Positions 46,811-57,437 of a DNA stretch of 64,000 nt are shown piece by piece; position 1 is the stretch's first letter, and every line of letters begins with the position of its first letter. Under the pieces are notes generated by a model. That model did not search any database. It had not been told where the DNA came from and saw only the letters and a list, made by a program, of their open reading frames with translations. Position numbers and translations under genes: made by a program. The stretch is from a virus, in IMG/VR virus record IMGVR_UViG_3300034374_005666, positions 39,256 to 103,255 of that record. One strand, 5' to 3'.

Positions 46811-49296
46811 GTTATTTTGAACCTATATACAGACTTAGAGTATCTGAGATTGAGAAATACAAAAAAGATGGTGAGTGGTTCAGAGATTATCTGGACTATA
46901 TTGTGCCTTATGATACTACTGTAGTGCATAACTACAAACAGATGAAGCTATGGTATGATGTCATCAATGATCGCATCGACGGTTTTAGAGAAGCTCTCAA
47001 AGAGTTCTGTAGAGTCAATATACCAAATGAGCTTAGCCAGGAAATAGATATTGACGAAGAGATTATACACTATAATAGAATATTCTCTAAATATAGTTAC
47101 TTGAATGGTGAAATGCTTAAGCGTAGAGACAACTACCATGCAAGTTTTATCAGTCAGGAAGCAGTTAGAAAGTTTAATGAAGAACTATCTAAAGAAATCA
47201 GAAAGGCTGTCATTGAAAGAATGCTGCTGAAGTTTGAACAGACAGATATGGCTATGGCTGGTGCAAGTCAGATAGAAGCTAATGATTATGTGCAGGAAAT
47301 GCAGTCTACACCTGACCCAGCTGAAATAGCACAAGATTTTAAATCCAGCCTTGAAATATTTGCTAATCAGGTATTAGAGTATTTTAACTACTCAGAAGAA
47401 GTTGTACGTAAAATGAGCTTAGGTTGGAAACATGCAATTACTTCTGACAGAGAAATATGCTATGTAGGAGAGCACTATGGAAAACCCGGTATTACTGTTA
47501 TCAATCCTTTACATTTTGGCTTTCATAAAAGCCCGGATGAATACAGAATAGAGAAAGGAGATTATGCCTGGACTAGAGTAGCTTTGACTATGGCTGAGAT
47601 TATGAATCTCTATGGTGATGAGCTTACGCAAGAACAGATAGAACGTCTTGGCACGTACACATATAGTTCAAGCCTGGCTGTTAATGACAGGCATAATGTT
47701 ATTGGAGGAAGCAATCCAAAGGTTACTTATGACCCAACCAGTTTTGAGCTTGGCTTGCATCTGCAAGATACTCAGCATAAAACAGTTGGGCAAGCACAGG
47801 GTTCTGGTACAAATAGAAGGTATAATAATGAGCGTCTTGTATTCAAGACTCATTTTGAGTTCAAGGCATTTAGAGAACTTATATTCCTGAGCTATCCTAA
47901 TGAGTATGGAGAGCTACAAACTGAAGTACATCCTAAAGGCTATGAAATACCAGAAGAAGCTACAAAAGTTAAATACACAAACAGATATGGTAGAAAAGCT
48001 ACTAAGTTTGAATGGGTAGAGAATAGTGTACCATATGTGGCTGAACAAATATGGATACCAAGAAGGTATGAAATTACTCGTCTTGGACAAGATGTATATT
48101 TAAACTATCGTGAAGTACCTAATCAGCCTATCAATTTAGATGATCCTTACGGTAGCTTTGAGCTAAGTTATAAAGGTAGAATATATACTAATGTTAACTC
48201 TGAGTCTATTAGTCTTGTAGGTAGAGCTATTCCTGCTCAGTTTCAGTACAATCTGATTAAGAACCTACAAAGCAAAGAGATAGCTAAGTATGAAGGTTAC
48301 ATTAAGAATATTGACATAGATCAAATACCAGATTATCTTGAACTGGATGAGAATGGAGAAAGTATTGGTGTAGATAAGCTTGCTATTTGGAGATATTACA
48401 GACGAGTGCTTGGAGACAGTTATTATTCTGGCTCACAGAACTCTATGGGTTTACCCAATCCACAACGTACTGCTGCTGTAAGACCAGAAGTAGCTGGAGC
48501 TATGGGTGAGATTATTAATATGCAACAACTGCTTGACCTGATTGATAGAGAGATTGGTTTCTCTATGCTTGTACCATTACAGGCAGAAGGTCAATTTAGT
48601 GCTAACTCAAATGCATCTGATAATCAACGTGCTCTTCAGCAAGGTTTTACTATGATTGAGTGGTATATGATAGAACACTCAGAACTATGGAGATCTATTT
48701 CAGCTGAATATCTTGCTCAATTTAGAATGTATTATCAGAATTTCTTTGAAGAAAATGATGATACTGAGTTTACTATGCTGCACTATGTTACTCCAGACAA
48801 TACCAAGCAGGTACTCAGAGTAATGCCTGAATATCTTGGGTATGGTGATATAGGATTGTTCTTGACTAGTAATCAGTCTGATGATGATTACAGACAAATT
48901 ATGCTTGGACAAGCACAAGCTATTGCTCAAAATGCTGGTGAAGGTGTAGAAACACTCAGTACATTGATTAGAGCTATTACCAGTAAGAAAGCTCCATCTG
49001 AAGTACATAAGATGATTATGATAGCTGCACGGGAACAAGAGCAGCGTAGACAGCAGATGGAAAAAATGAGAGGAGAAAATGCTGCTAGATTACAGCAAGC
49101 TAAAAGACAGCAGGTTGAGGATGAGCAATCACATGAGATTGATAAAATTATTCTTCAGAATCAGCTTAAAACTGATGCTGATGAAATACCTAAAGAGCTT
49201 GAAGCAACTAAGGTACTTAGAGAATTAGCTCAAAAGGATAGAAAGTTAGATATAGAGCAACAAGCTGTATCTGAATCTAAAAGTAGTACAGATTAA
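46807..49296 (+). CDS. portal protein
   Basis: 829 aa directly after TerL; crAss-like gene order; coiled-coil C-terminus. Confidence 0.8.
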   Translation: MSYFEPIYRLRVSEIEKYKKDGEWFRDYLDYIVPYDTTVVHNYKQMKLWYDVINDRIDGFREALKEFCRVNIPNELSQEIDIDEEIIHYNRIFSKYSYLNGEMLKRRDNYHASFISQEAVRKFNEELSKEIRKAVIERMLLKFEQTDMAMAGASQIEANDYVQEMQSTPDPAEIAQDFKSSLEIFANQVLEYFNYSEEVVRKMSLGWKHAITSDREICYVGEHYGKPGITVINPLHFGFHKSPDEYRIEKGDYAWTRVALTMAEIMNLYGDELTQEQIERLGTYTYSSSLAVNDRHNVIGGSNPKVTYDPTSFELGLHLQDTQHKTVGQAQGSGTNRRYNNERLVFKTHFEFKAFRELIFLSYPNEYGELQTEVHPKGYEIPEEATKVKYTNRYGRKATKFEWVENSVPYVAEQIWIPRRYEITRLGQDVYLNYREVPNQPINLDDPYGSFELSYKGRIYTNVNSESISLVGRAIPAQFQYNLIKNLQSKEIAKYEGYIKNIDIDQIPDYLELDENGESIGVDKLAIWRYYRRVLGDSYYSGSQNSMGLPNPQRTAAVRPEVAGAMGEIINMQQLLDLIDREIGFSMLVPLQAEGQFSANSNASDNQRALQQGFTMIEWYMIEHSELWRSISAEYLAQFRMYYQNFFEENDDTEFTMLHYVTPDNTKQVLRVMPEYLGYGDIGLFLTSNQSDDDYRQIMLGQAQAIAQNAGEGVETLSTLIRAITSKKAPSEVHKMIMIAAREQEQRRQQMEKMRGENAARLQQAKRQQVEDEQSHEIDKIILQNQLKTDADEIPKELEATKVLRELAQKDRKLDIEQQAVSESKSSTD

Positions 49297-49362
49297 AATA
49301 AGAGCTATTAATGACTTTAATAATATTTATTCACATACTTTTGATTAAACTAAACTAAAATA

Positions 49363-50403
49363 ATGGAAGAGAACAAACTGCCAGAATTTGAATTTGGCAT
49401 GGAAGAAGTAATTCCAGGACAAGACACTCAAGAAACTCCAAAAGAGGAGATTAAAGAAACTATTGAAGAACCTGAGCAGATTACAGAAGAACCTGTTATA
49501 CAACAAGGTGATCCTTTTGAAGTAGAAACTGAAGATGGCGCAGAACCAGAGTCAGAAGATTCTGAGTATCTTAAGAGCTTGTATAGTTTCTATAAAGATA
49601 AGGGCTTACTTAACCATGAAGGTGACTTTAATGGTACTGCTGAAGAGTTTGAGAATATTCTGCAAGAGAACATTGCGTCCTATTATAATCAGGTAGAGCA
49701 AGAGCTAATTGATGCTGTACCAGATGAAGGTAAATCTGTAATGGAATATATCTTGTCAGAAGGAGATGGGTTTTCAGTAGATAAATTGAATGAGTTTCTA
49801 TCTAACAGAGATACAGTAGTACCTACAGAGTTTAATGAAGATTCTGCACGTAGCTTTCTAATTAATCATTATACAGATAAACTTGGAAATAAAGCTAATG
49901 CAGAACGCTTTGTAGATACGCTGGAAGATGATGGTAAACTTGTAGATTCAGCTAAAGATATTACTGAACAACTTAAGCAACAGCAATCTGAACTTGAAAA
50001 GCAGAAGATTGAGGAAGCTAAAAAGAATAAAGAACTTAGAAAGCAGAAGCAGCAAGAGTTTCAACAGACAGTTGCTGAACAGCTTAAAGGTACAGAGTGG
50101 GATGATAGTATACGTAAGAGAGTATTTAATGAAGTATTCTCTGGTAATCTTAGAGCTAAGACACAAGCTATTGTACAACATCCTAAAGCTTTGATACAGT
50201 TTGCAAACTATATGCAGTATTATGATCCTGAAAAAGGAGAGATTGATGAGCAGGCATTTGCAAACAGTACTTTTAGTAAAGCTGCTGCTAAAGTTAAAAG
50301 TAGTATAGAACGTCATTTTAGAAAGAGTGACGCACACAGATCAGGTAAGTCTAGTACTAAGACCAGATCAGATAAAAATGCAAAATTTGAATTTGTTGAC
50401 TAA
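49363..50403 (+). CDS. acidic scaffold-like protein
   Basis: Between portal and MCP; E-rich and helical. Confidence 0.6.
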   Translation: MEENKLPEFEFGMEEVIPGQDTQETPKEEIKETIEEPEQITEEPVIQQGDPFEVETEDGAEPESEDSEYLKSLYSFYKDKGLLNHEGDFNGTAEEFENILQENIASYYNQVEQELIDAVPDEGKSVMEYILSEGDGFSVDKLNEFLSNRDTVVPTEFNEDSARSFLINHYTDKLGNKANAERFVDTLEDDGKLVDSAKDITEQLKQQQSELEKQKIEEAKKNKELRKQKQQEFQQTVAEQLKGTEWDDSIRKRVFNEVFSGNLRAKTQAIVQHPKALIQFANYMQYYDPEKGEIDEQAFANSTFSKAAAKVKSSIERHFRKSDAHRSGKSSTKTRSDKNAKFEFVD

Positions 50404-50418
50404 AATTTATAATAAATA

Positions 50419-52014
50419 ATGATTCGTAAAACTGCAATCCCCGTTACGTCTCGTAAAGGTTTTGGTGGTAGTTTTCACGACTCCGTTGCTCATGCAGCTA
50501 TGTTTCGTGATGAACAGCCATATGACTTTGGCGTAAAAACCTCTATGCTGTATTCAGCAGAGTTGGATTCTGACATTGTGAACAAGAAGTTCACATATCA
50601 CACTTATGCTTCTGGTAATTACTATGTGATTCCAGGTGGTAAAGATGAATATCAGTGGTCTGTTATTGGCGATGCTGATGTTGATTTTCGTATTACAGAA
50701 CTCCTTGTGGCAGCAGACAGCCAGCCAGGTAAGGATGGACAAGAATTTGAAATTGCTCTTGACAAAGACTGGCTACATGAGCCTGCTATTCTGTTGACTG
50801 AAAATCCTAATCTTCCACAGCTTCGTATTATTGGACAACCACGTCCTCTTGGTAATCAGTCTTGGGCTTATACCGTAGAAGTACAGGATGGTAATCCTAA
50901 CAGCTGGATTCCTGTAGATTATCTGCAACCAGGTCGTATTCTTGTACGTACATCTACTGCTACAGCAGATGAATTGAACCAGAAGTATGGCCCAGATCAG
51001 TATAGCTCAATGATGAAACTGCGTTCTGTAACAGGACAGTTTAGTAACAAGATTGAGTTCACTGATAAGTTTGTACGTATGGAAATTGCCGCAGCTAAGC
51101 GTGGTTCTCAGAACAAAGAGAGCTATGACTTTGCTGGCAAAAAGTATTCTGATGCTTTCACTGACCAATATATCTATCAGGCTAAACTGAAGCAGTCTGG
51201 CAAGAATGATATTATTGAGAAAGGTGTCTTTATTAGCAAAGCTGAAGCACGATTGCTTGAGCGTTGTGAAATGGACAGAGAGCTTATGATGGAATTTGGT
51301 CGTCTACAGATTACTAAAGACCGTGATACAGACAGACCTATTAAGATTGCTCCAGGTTGGAGAGAGATTGTAAAAGATGGTAACTACTTTACCCACAATG
51401 GCTCACTAACACTCAAGCAACTGTATGAGTATGTACGTAGCATTTACTTCCGCCGCCATAACTTCAAGAATCGTAAGATTATGATTTATTCTGGTGAAGG
51501 TGGTATTGCATTCCTGTCTGAATTGATTAAGCAGGAAGCCAGCCAATTCCAGACACTGGAACCAGGTGTATTCATTAACAAGCGTAATGATCCTAAAGGT
51601 TACCACTCTAATGAATTTGAGTATGGTGCTCAGTTCACTAAGATCAAATTCCCAATGGGAATTGAAGTGGAAATCATGTATGATCCAATTAAAGACAACG
51701 ATCAGTTGTTTAAAACTAAAGCTCCTGGTAGCAATCTGCCACTGGAAAGCTTCCAGATGGATATCTTTGACTTTGGACATACAGAAAACAGACCAGAAGG
51801 TGCTCCTGTTGAAAACATTACTATGGTAATGCAGGATGGTGTTGAAGAATACTATCAGGTAGGTGGTGTTTACGATATTCGTACTGGTGCTCCAACTGAT
51901 GGTTCTGTCAGACCTACTAACTCTAAGAAAGTAGGTATCTACCGTACTTGTGCTGGTGCATTGTGCATTTGGGACGTTTCGAGAGTGGGAAGAGTGGAAT
52001 GGGTTGTAAATTAA
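50419..52014 (+). CDS. major capsid protein (crAss-like)
   Basis: Position, size and biased codon usage; EYQW, IYSGEGG, DIFDF segments. Confidence 0.8.
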   Translation: MIRKTAIPVTSRKGFGGSFHDSVAHAAMFRDEQPYDFGVKTSMLYSAELDSDIVNKKFTYHTYASGNYYVIPGGKDEYQWSVIGDADVDFRITELLVAADSQPGKDGQEFEIALDKDWLHEPAILLTENPNLPQLRIIGQPRPLGNQSWAYTVEVQDGNPNSWIPVDYLQPGRILVRTSTATADELNQKYGPDQYSSMMKLRSVTGQFSNKIEFTDKFVRMEIAAAKRGSQNKESYDFAGKKYSDAFTDQYIYQAKLKQSGKNDIIEKGVFISKAEARLLERCEMDRELMMEFGRLQITKDRDTDRPIKIAPGWREIVKDGNYFTHNGSLTLKQLYEYVRSIYFRRHNFKNRKIMIYSGEGGIAFLSELIKQEASQFQTLEPGVFINKRNDPKGYHSNEFEYGAQFTKIKFPMGIEVEIMYDPIKDNDQLFKTKAPGSNLPLESFQMDIFDFGHTENRPEGAPVENITMVMQDGVEEYYQVGGVYDIRTGAPTDGSVRPTNSKKVGIYRTCAGALCIWDVSRVGRVEWVVN

Positions 52015-52095
52015 TACGCCACAATACTTGCTAAATCCAAACGGAAGTTGTATATTTGTGCTGTTGAAGTTATTCATTAATTAAAAACAGTAAAT

Positions 52096-53166
52096 ATGCA
52101 ACTTCCACAGGATTTAGTTAAAGACATCATTGAAGCTTTTGAAACAAGCAAAAAAAAGACTTATGCTCATGTTTCAAGAAAATTAAATTTACCCAAAGAG
52201 CTAGTAAAAACAGTTCTCAACGATGCTGGTATTAAAAGTACTGGTATGGGTATTACTGATGAGCAAAAACAAGAAATTATCAAACTGTATCAAGAACATG
52301 TACCTGTAAGGCACATTGATGAAAGGACTGGTATTTCTTATAAAACAGTTTATCAGGTTATTAAAGAAGCTGGTATTTATAGACCAGGTGCAAGAAAAAC
52401 TATAAGTGAGGAGCAAGAAGAGCTAATTCAAGAATTGTATAGTAAAGGCTATAGTTCCAGAGAAGTAGCAGAAAGAGTAGGTGTATCAAAGGATACAGTA
52501 TTAAGATATATTGAAAACCCAAGAGCTAGTAAAGTAGTTGCTACTCCTCATAACGGCTACTATTTTAGTAGCATAGATACTAATGAGAAAGCTTATTGGT
52601 TAGGAATGATGTTTGCCGATGGTAATGTTAGTAGCACAGATAATTCAATTACTTTGAGTCTGGCAGATGAAGATGTAATTGAAGATTTTAGGAATGCTAT
52701 TGAAGCACATACTAAAAAGATTGCTGTTACTAATCGTAAAACCAAAGGTCATAAAAATTTATACACGTTACGTATATTTAGTAAGCAGCTACATAGTGAT
52801 TTAATAGAGTGGGGATGTATTCCTAATAAGACAGCGCAATTAGAAGAACTTCCTAATATAGAAGATAAATACATGTCTCATTTTATTAGAGGTTATTTTG
52901 ATGGTAATGGTTCTATATGGTTTTCTACCAATAGACCACATACATCTATATCTGGTCATAGACCTTTTTTGGCTAATATTCAAAAGATAATGGTAGAGCA
53001 AATAGGCCTTAATTTTACTAAAATTACTACCAGAAAGAAAAACTCTGGAGATATAAGATATGGTGGGTTTGCTAATGTAGAAAAAATCTACAATTATCTT
53101 TACAAAGACGCTACAGTATATATGTCAAGAAAAAAGACTAAATTTGAACAAATTTTATTTAACTAA
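52096..53166 (+). CDS. LAGLIDADG homing endonuclease with N-terminal HTH repeats
   Basis: AYWLGMMFADG and FIRGYFDGNGS. Confidence 0.88.
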   Translation: MQLPQDLVKDIIEAFETSKKKTYAHVSRKLNLPKELVKTVLNDAGIKSTGMGITDEQKQEIIKLYQEHVPVRHIDERTGISYKTVYQVIKEAGIYRPGARKTISEEQEELIQELYSKGYSSREVAERVGVSKDTVLRYIENPRASKVVATPHNGYYFSSIDTNEKAYWLGMMFADGNVSSTDNSITLSLADEDVIEDFRNAIEAHTKKIAVTNRKTKGHKNLYTLRIFSKQLHSDLIEWGCIPNKTAQLEELPNIEDKYMSHFIRGYFDGNGSIWFSTNRPHTSISGHRPFLANIQKIMVEQIGLNFTKITTRKKNSGDIRYGGFANVEKIYNYLYKDATVYMSRKKTKFEQILFN

Positions 53167-53183
53167 ACTATAATAAGAAACTT

Positions 53184-54263
53184 ATGATTTTTTTACCTAA
53201 AAGAATGTTTGTGTATCCAGCTCCTCGTCAATCAGCACAGGGCAGAGGTAATTACAGCTACGTAACTACAGATGGTACACAAATTCCTGCTGGTCGTACA
53301 TTTGCTAAGAAAGCTACTAAAAGCTACATGTTTCCAAGTACACCAGATAATACTAAGATTTCTACAGGTCTGTCAGAACAAATTGAAAATCCATTTAAGA
53401 ATAAAGAGTTTGCTGATAAGTATATTGGTAATCAATGGACAGACAAAGCTGAAGAGCTACAATCAAAAGATTATATTAGTAAACAGACTTTCCTTGAAGT
53501 AGTACACAATCGTCCTGCTGGTACTTATACAGATGAAAAAAAGGTCAAAGAAGCATTTGATATTGAAGCCAAAGAGAATAATTTCTTTGAGCGTTTCTCT
53601 GTCAGTCTTGTAGATGATACAAACATCTTTACTTCAGATGATCCAGAAGGTGCATTAGCTATGATGCTTATGTATCAAAATCCAAAGATTGCTAATAGTA
53701 AAGATACATGCAACTCAAGTTTGCATGATTTCTATATTGGGCAAGAACATCAGGCTTTGATTGAAAAATCTAATAAGCGTGAAAAAGCAGGTAGAGCAGT
53801 AGCTAAGCTTCAGCATCTGAAAGAAAACTACGATGGCTTTGCACTGTATAAAGTAGCTATTGTACTTGGTATTGTAAAAGGTACTCGTATTAGTGAACGT
53901 GTAGTTATTGATCGTCTTGAAGATTATATCTGGACTCAATCCAAAGACTTTACAGATAAGCTGGATAGATTTATGAGTATTGCAAGCTTACTTGATGATG
54001 ACACAGGTATCAGAGAATTGAATATGCGTTATCTTGTCAAGCAGGCTATGAATACACACACTATTACTATTAGTGGTGGCAGCTTTATCTGGCACTCACA
54101 GAAGAATATTCCAAACTTGTATAATCTTGGACGTAAAGAAGAAATGATCTGGAATATGCTTTCACAGGAATACATTAAGTATAATCCTGAGATTGATGAT
54201 GACAATATTTATGGTAAGTTGATTAACGAACTTAGAATAAAAGACATTAAAGTTGAAGGTTGA
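53184..54263 (+). CDS. conserved structural-module protein
   Basis: Downstream of MCP in crAss-like order. Confidence 0.55.
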   Translation: MIFLPKRMFVYPAPRQSAQGRGNYSYVTTDGTQIPAGRTFAKKATKSYMFPSTPDNTKISTGLSEQIENPFKNKEFADKYIGNQWTDKAEELQSKDYISKQTFLEVVHNRPAGTYTDEKKVKEAFDIEAKENNFFERFSVSLVDDTNIFTSDDPEGALAMMLMYQNPKIANSKDTCNSSLHDFYIGQEHQALIEKSNKREKAGRAVAKLQHLKENYDGFALYKVAIVLGIVKGTRISERVVIDRLEDYIWTQSKDFTDKLDRFMSIASLLDDDTGIRELNMRYLVKQAMNTHTITISGGSFIWHSQKNIPNLYNLGRKEEMIWNMLSQEYIKYNPEIDDDNIYGKLINELRIKDIKVEG

Positions 54264-54972
54264 AGAACTGCACTTTGAATTTAAAAGACGTTGGGATAAA
54301 CAAGCTAACAACCATCGTAAAGGATTTACTGATGTAGAAATAGATCAGACACTAAATTCTGCTGTCAATGAGTATATGTACATATTTGGCACAGGAAGAA
54401 ATCCTAAGAACTACGATGTAGGGTTTGAAGTAAATCAACAGATGATTGATATGCTTCAGACTCTGGTTGTTAGCTATCCTGAAACTGGTACAATAAATAG
54501 TATAGATGTAGATAGCAATATTGATTATGCTAATCTACCTAATGACTATAGATATTTTGTATCAGCTTTTGCAGTAGACCCTATCTGTGGAGATGTAGGT
54601 ATTACTATAGAGCAGCATGGTGATTTATCATCTGTACTTAAGAACTTCCATAGAAAAGCTAATAGAAAGTTTAGAAACATTCCTGGTACTATTAGAGCTA
54701 ATAAACTCTATATGTATCATAATGGAGTCTTCGATATTCAGTCAGTCAAACTGACTTATATTAAAGACCCAGCTAAGATTTGTATTGGTACGTATACGGA
54801 AATTCCTACAGCAGAAAATCCTAATCCACCAACAAAGCCTAAACAAGAATGTGACCTACCTGTAGATTATCACGATATTCTTGTAGATATTGCAGTACAG
54901 GAAACAAGTCGGATTTATCTAAATACAAATAGATACCAACTTGGAAAGGATAAACTTAATGACATAACTTAA
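54253..54972 (+). CDS. head-tail adaptor / tail ring protein
   Basis: EID..LN.A, LPNDY, LTYIKDP, CDLP..YH.ILVDIAV. Confidence 0.65.
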   Translation: MKVEELHFEFKRRWDKQANNHRKGFTDVEIDQTLNSAVNEYMYIFGTGRNPKNYDVGFEVNQQMIDMLQTLVVSYPETGTINSIDVDSNIDYANLPNDYRYFVSAFAVDPICGDVGITIEQHGDLSSVLKNFHRKANRKFRNIPGTIRANKLYMYHNGVFDIQSVKLTYIKDPAKICIGTYTEIPTAENPNPPTKPKQECDLPVDYHDILVDIAVQETSRIYLNTNRYQLGKDKLNDIT

Positions 54973-54984
54973 ATTTCAAATTAA

Positions 54985-56781
54985 ATGAAACGTACTAATC
55001 AAAAATTTAGTGAAGTGTTTTTGGTAGCTTCTGGCGATCAGGCTCTTGCTAAATCTGGTAATATTTCAAGCGCAGGACAATCAGTAAATATTGCTAATGG
55101 TCAGCTTGGAGTAATTGCAGCCACTGCTGCTCAACCACACTTGAACCCAGGTGACTTCCTAAGCTCTACTAATGATCCTGCTGGCTCAGCTGCTAACGAT
55201 AGCTCTGATGTACCTGCTATTCGTATTGTACAGGGAACTCCCAGTTCTGCTGATACTTCTGAGCTTTATGGTTGGTTCAATGAAGACCCTTCCTATGTAA
55301 AGTCTGGTATTATTCGTAGAAATACAGTTAAGAGCTTTACTGCACAGGTAGCAGCTACTCCTGTACTTAGCTCTAAGTTGTTTTCTGGAATGACTGATGC
55401 TGGTGTACTTAGCTCCAAAGACTATGCTGCATTCCTTGAGTTCCGTAGCCGTCGTAATGACAGAGACTATGGTTCTAATGTAGAACAGCTTCCTGTAGTA
55501 ATTACTACTCCTGACTTTACAGTAACTACTGTAGACTCTAAGCTGGACTGGCTGATTACCAATATGGTACAAAGCCTGAATTTGAACTCTAAACTCTTCA
55601 ATAATGCTGAGCGCAGAGGTAACAAAGACTTCGTTAGCTTTGCCATTAATACTACAGGTAGCAATACAGGTGGTGTTACTCTTGGTACTATTGAGGTAGG
55701 AGACACAGTTCCATTCCTGAAAGTAGGTGGTACTACTTACTCTGCAACTGTTACTAAGGCAATGCTTGAAGCATTTAATCAGCTGATTGCTAACTCTACT
55801 GTTACAGCTACATCTACTCTTGAAGTAGTTGATCTGGACACAGCTGGAGACGGTACACTTGCTACTGGTACACTTACTGCTACTGGTAACTTTACTGCTA
55901 ACGATGCAGTAACTATTGGTGATGAAACTTATACTTTTGTAGCAGCTCCAGGCACTACTGCAAACAATGTAGATCTTGGTGTAGACCTTGCTACAAGTCT
56001 TAGCAATCTTGCTGCTGCTATTAATGGTACTGGCACTCCTGGTACTACTTATGGTACAAATACTGTTGCTAATGCTGACGTTACTGCTGTAGCTACTGCT
56101 ACTACTGTTGTAGTTACTGCTAAGCAAGCTAATGCAGGTACTGCTGGTAACTCTATTGTATTTACTGAAGATACTGATGCTGGAGGCGAATTTGAACTAG
56201 CTCCAGCCTCTGGTACACTCGCAGGTGCTACTAACACCAACAAGGATGCTTTTGTAATTGTAGGTCTTCCACAAAGACGTGCTGTTGGATTCGACGGTAT
56301 TGCTGAAACACTGATGCGTGTAGATGTACAGTTTGGAGAGCAGTTCCAAATTAGCCCTAAGCCTACACTGACTACTGGTTCTAATAGCTTTGAAGGCTAT
56401 GGACAAGGCACACTGCTTAAGGTTAGATATGACAGACGGGCATTCGGATTTACTGGTACACTCCAGCAGACTGGTCATGCAGATGAAGTAATTACTGCAC
56501 CAAATTATATTAATGCAGCTACTAATTACACTGCATACGTCATTGATTACACTGATGATGAGCGTACATTGACTGTAGATCAGGAGGTTCAGAAGAGAGT
56601 ATGGATTCTTGTACCAGCTACAGATGACAGTGCAACTGCTACTGTAGCATCTGGTATTACAGCATCTACTAATGCTTCTAACACTACTACTGATCTTGAA
56701 GCAATCCTGAAACCTTGGTTAAGCTCAAATGTAGGTGTAGAATTGCTCGGTGATGCTACCAGCTCTACTTACTTTGCATAA
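54985..56781 (+). CDS. abundant virion structural protein with T/A/G-rich inserted domain
   Basis: Biased codons; ATGTLT...VTIG..TYTFV...LAAAING domain; followed by hairpin. Confidence 0.6.
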   Translation: MKRTNQKFSEVFLVASGDQALAKSGNISSAGQSVNIANGQLGVIAATAAQPHLNPGDFLSSTNDPAGSAANDSSDVPAIRIVQGTPSSADTSELYGWFNEDPSYVKSGIIRRNTVKSFTAQVAATPVLSSKLFSGMTDAGVLSSKDYAAFLEFRSRRNDRDYGSNVEQLPVVITTPDFTVTTVDSKLDWLITNMVQSLNLNSKLFNNAERRGNKDFVSFAINTTGSNTGGVTLGTIEVGDTVPFLKVGGTTYSATVTKAMLEAFNQLIANSTVTATSTLEVVDLDTAGDGTLATGTLTATGNFTANDAVTIGDETYTFVAAPGTTANNVDLGVDLATSLSNLAAAINGTGTPGTTYGTNTVANADVTAVATATTVVVTAKQANAGTAGNSIVFTEDTDAGGEFELAPASGTLAGATNTNKDAFVIVGLPQRRAVGFDGIAETLMRVDVQFGEQFQISPKPTLTTGSNSFEGYGQGTLLKVRYDRRAFGFTGTLQQTGHADEVITAPNYINAATNYTAYVIDYTDDERTLTVDQEVQKRVWILVPATDDSATATVASGITASTNASNTTTDLEAILKPWLSSNVGVELLGDATSSTYFA

Positions 56782-56807
56782 GAGTTTCATAAGCAACTGT
56801 TTTAATA

Positions 56808-56840
56808 AAAGAGAGGGGAGGTATAAAACCTCTCCTTTCT
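56808..56840 (+). terminator. terminator-like hairpin
   Basis: AGAGGGGAGGT/ACCTCTCCTTT stem. Confidence 0.5.
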
Positions 56841-56855
56841 ACTTTAAAGGAAACA

Positions 56856-57437
56856 ATGAGTAAGCAATATTACATAAAGAAGTTTGTTATTCTTGAAGAA
56901 AATAATAATGAAGCTATAGCTGGCCCTAACCCACCTGTAAAAAGCCTATACTCTATGGTACAGGATGGAATTGACCAGAGCGACATTATTACTTATCAGG
57001 AAACAGATTATGAGTTATTGCTTACAGAAGGCACTACAAAAGTTTATGTTAAGTACTTTGATAAAAAACCTACTATAAACCTGAGTGGAGCCAGTGACGA
57101 ACAAGTTACTATTACTTGTTTACAAAGGCCTTTGAGTTTTATTGTACATGGTACTGACAGTAATGTAGTAGATGGATATAGAACTATTACTTTTAGAGGA
57201 GCAGGTATTCCAGGTAATACATCCAGTTCACATATTGTTACTCCGGTTATAACTAAGATTAGTTCTACACTAGCAGATTTTGGTAATCCAAGTATTAGTA
57301 ATCCTTATTCAGTAGATCAGGATAATAACCCATCTGTAGACATCGTAGGTATAGGTAATAGTACAAACCCTAGTATATCACTTAGATTTGGTAATTTGAA
57401 CTTTTCAAACCATATTCTTCAATTTGATTGGAAGTAG
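56856..57437 (+). CDS. hypothetical structural-module protein
   Basis: ORF abutting the large fibre-like gene. Confidence 0.5.
   Translation: MSKQYYIKKFVILEENNNEAIAGPNPPVKSLYSMVQDGIDQSDIITYQETDYELLLTEGTTKVYVKYFDKKPTINLSGASDEQVTITCLQRPLSFIVHGTDSNVVDGYRTITFRGAGIPGNTSSSHIVTPVITKISSTLADFGNPSISNPYSVDQDNNPSVDIVGIGNSTNPSISLRFGNLNFSNHILQFDWK

Noticed and set aside
52015-53183. Group I intron in the capsid gene
   Set aside because: The MCP ends with its own stop and the flanks are too short for an intron core.
55186-56127. 313-aa Ser-rich minus-strand ORF (also 51406-52077)
   Set aside because: Antisense shadows produced by the codon bias of structural genes.
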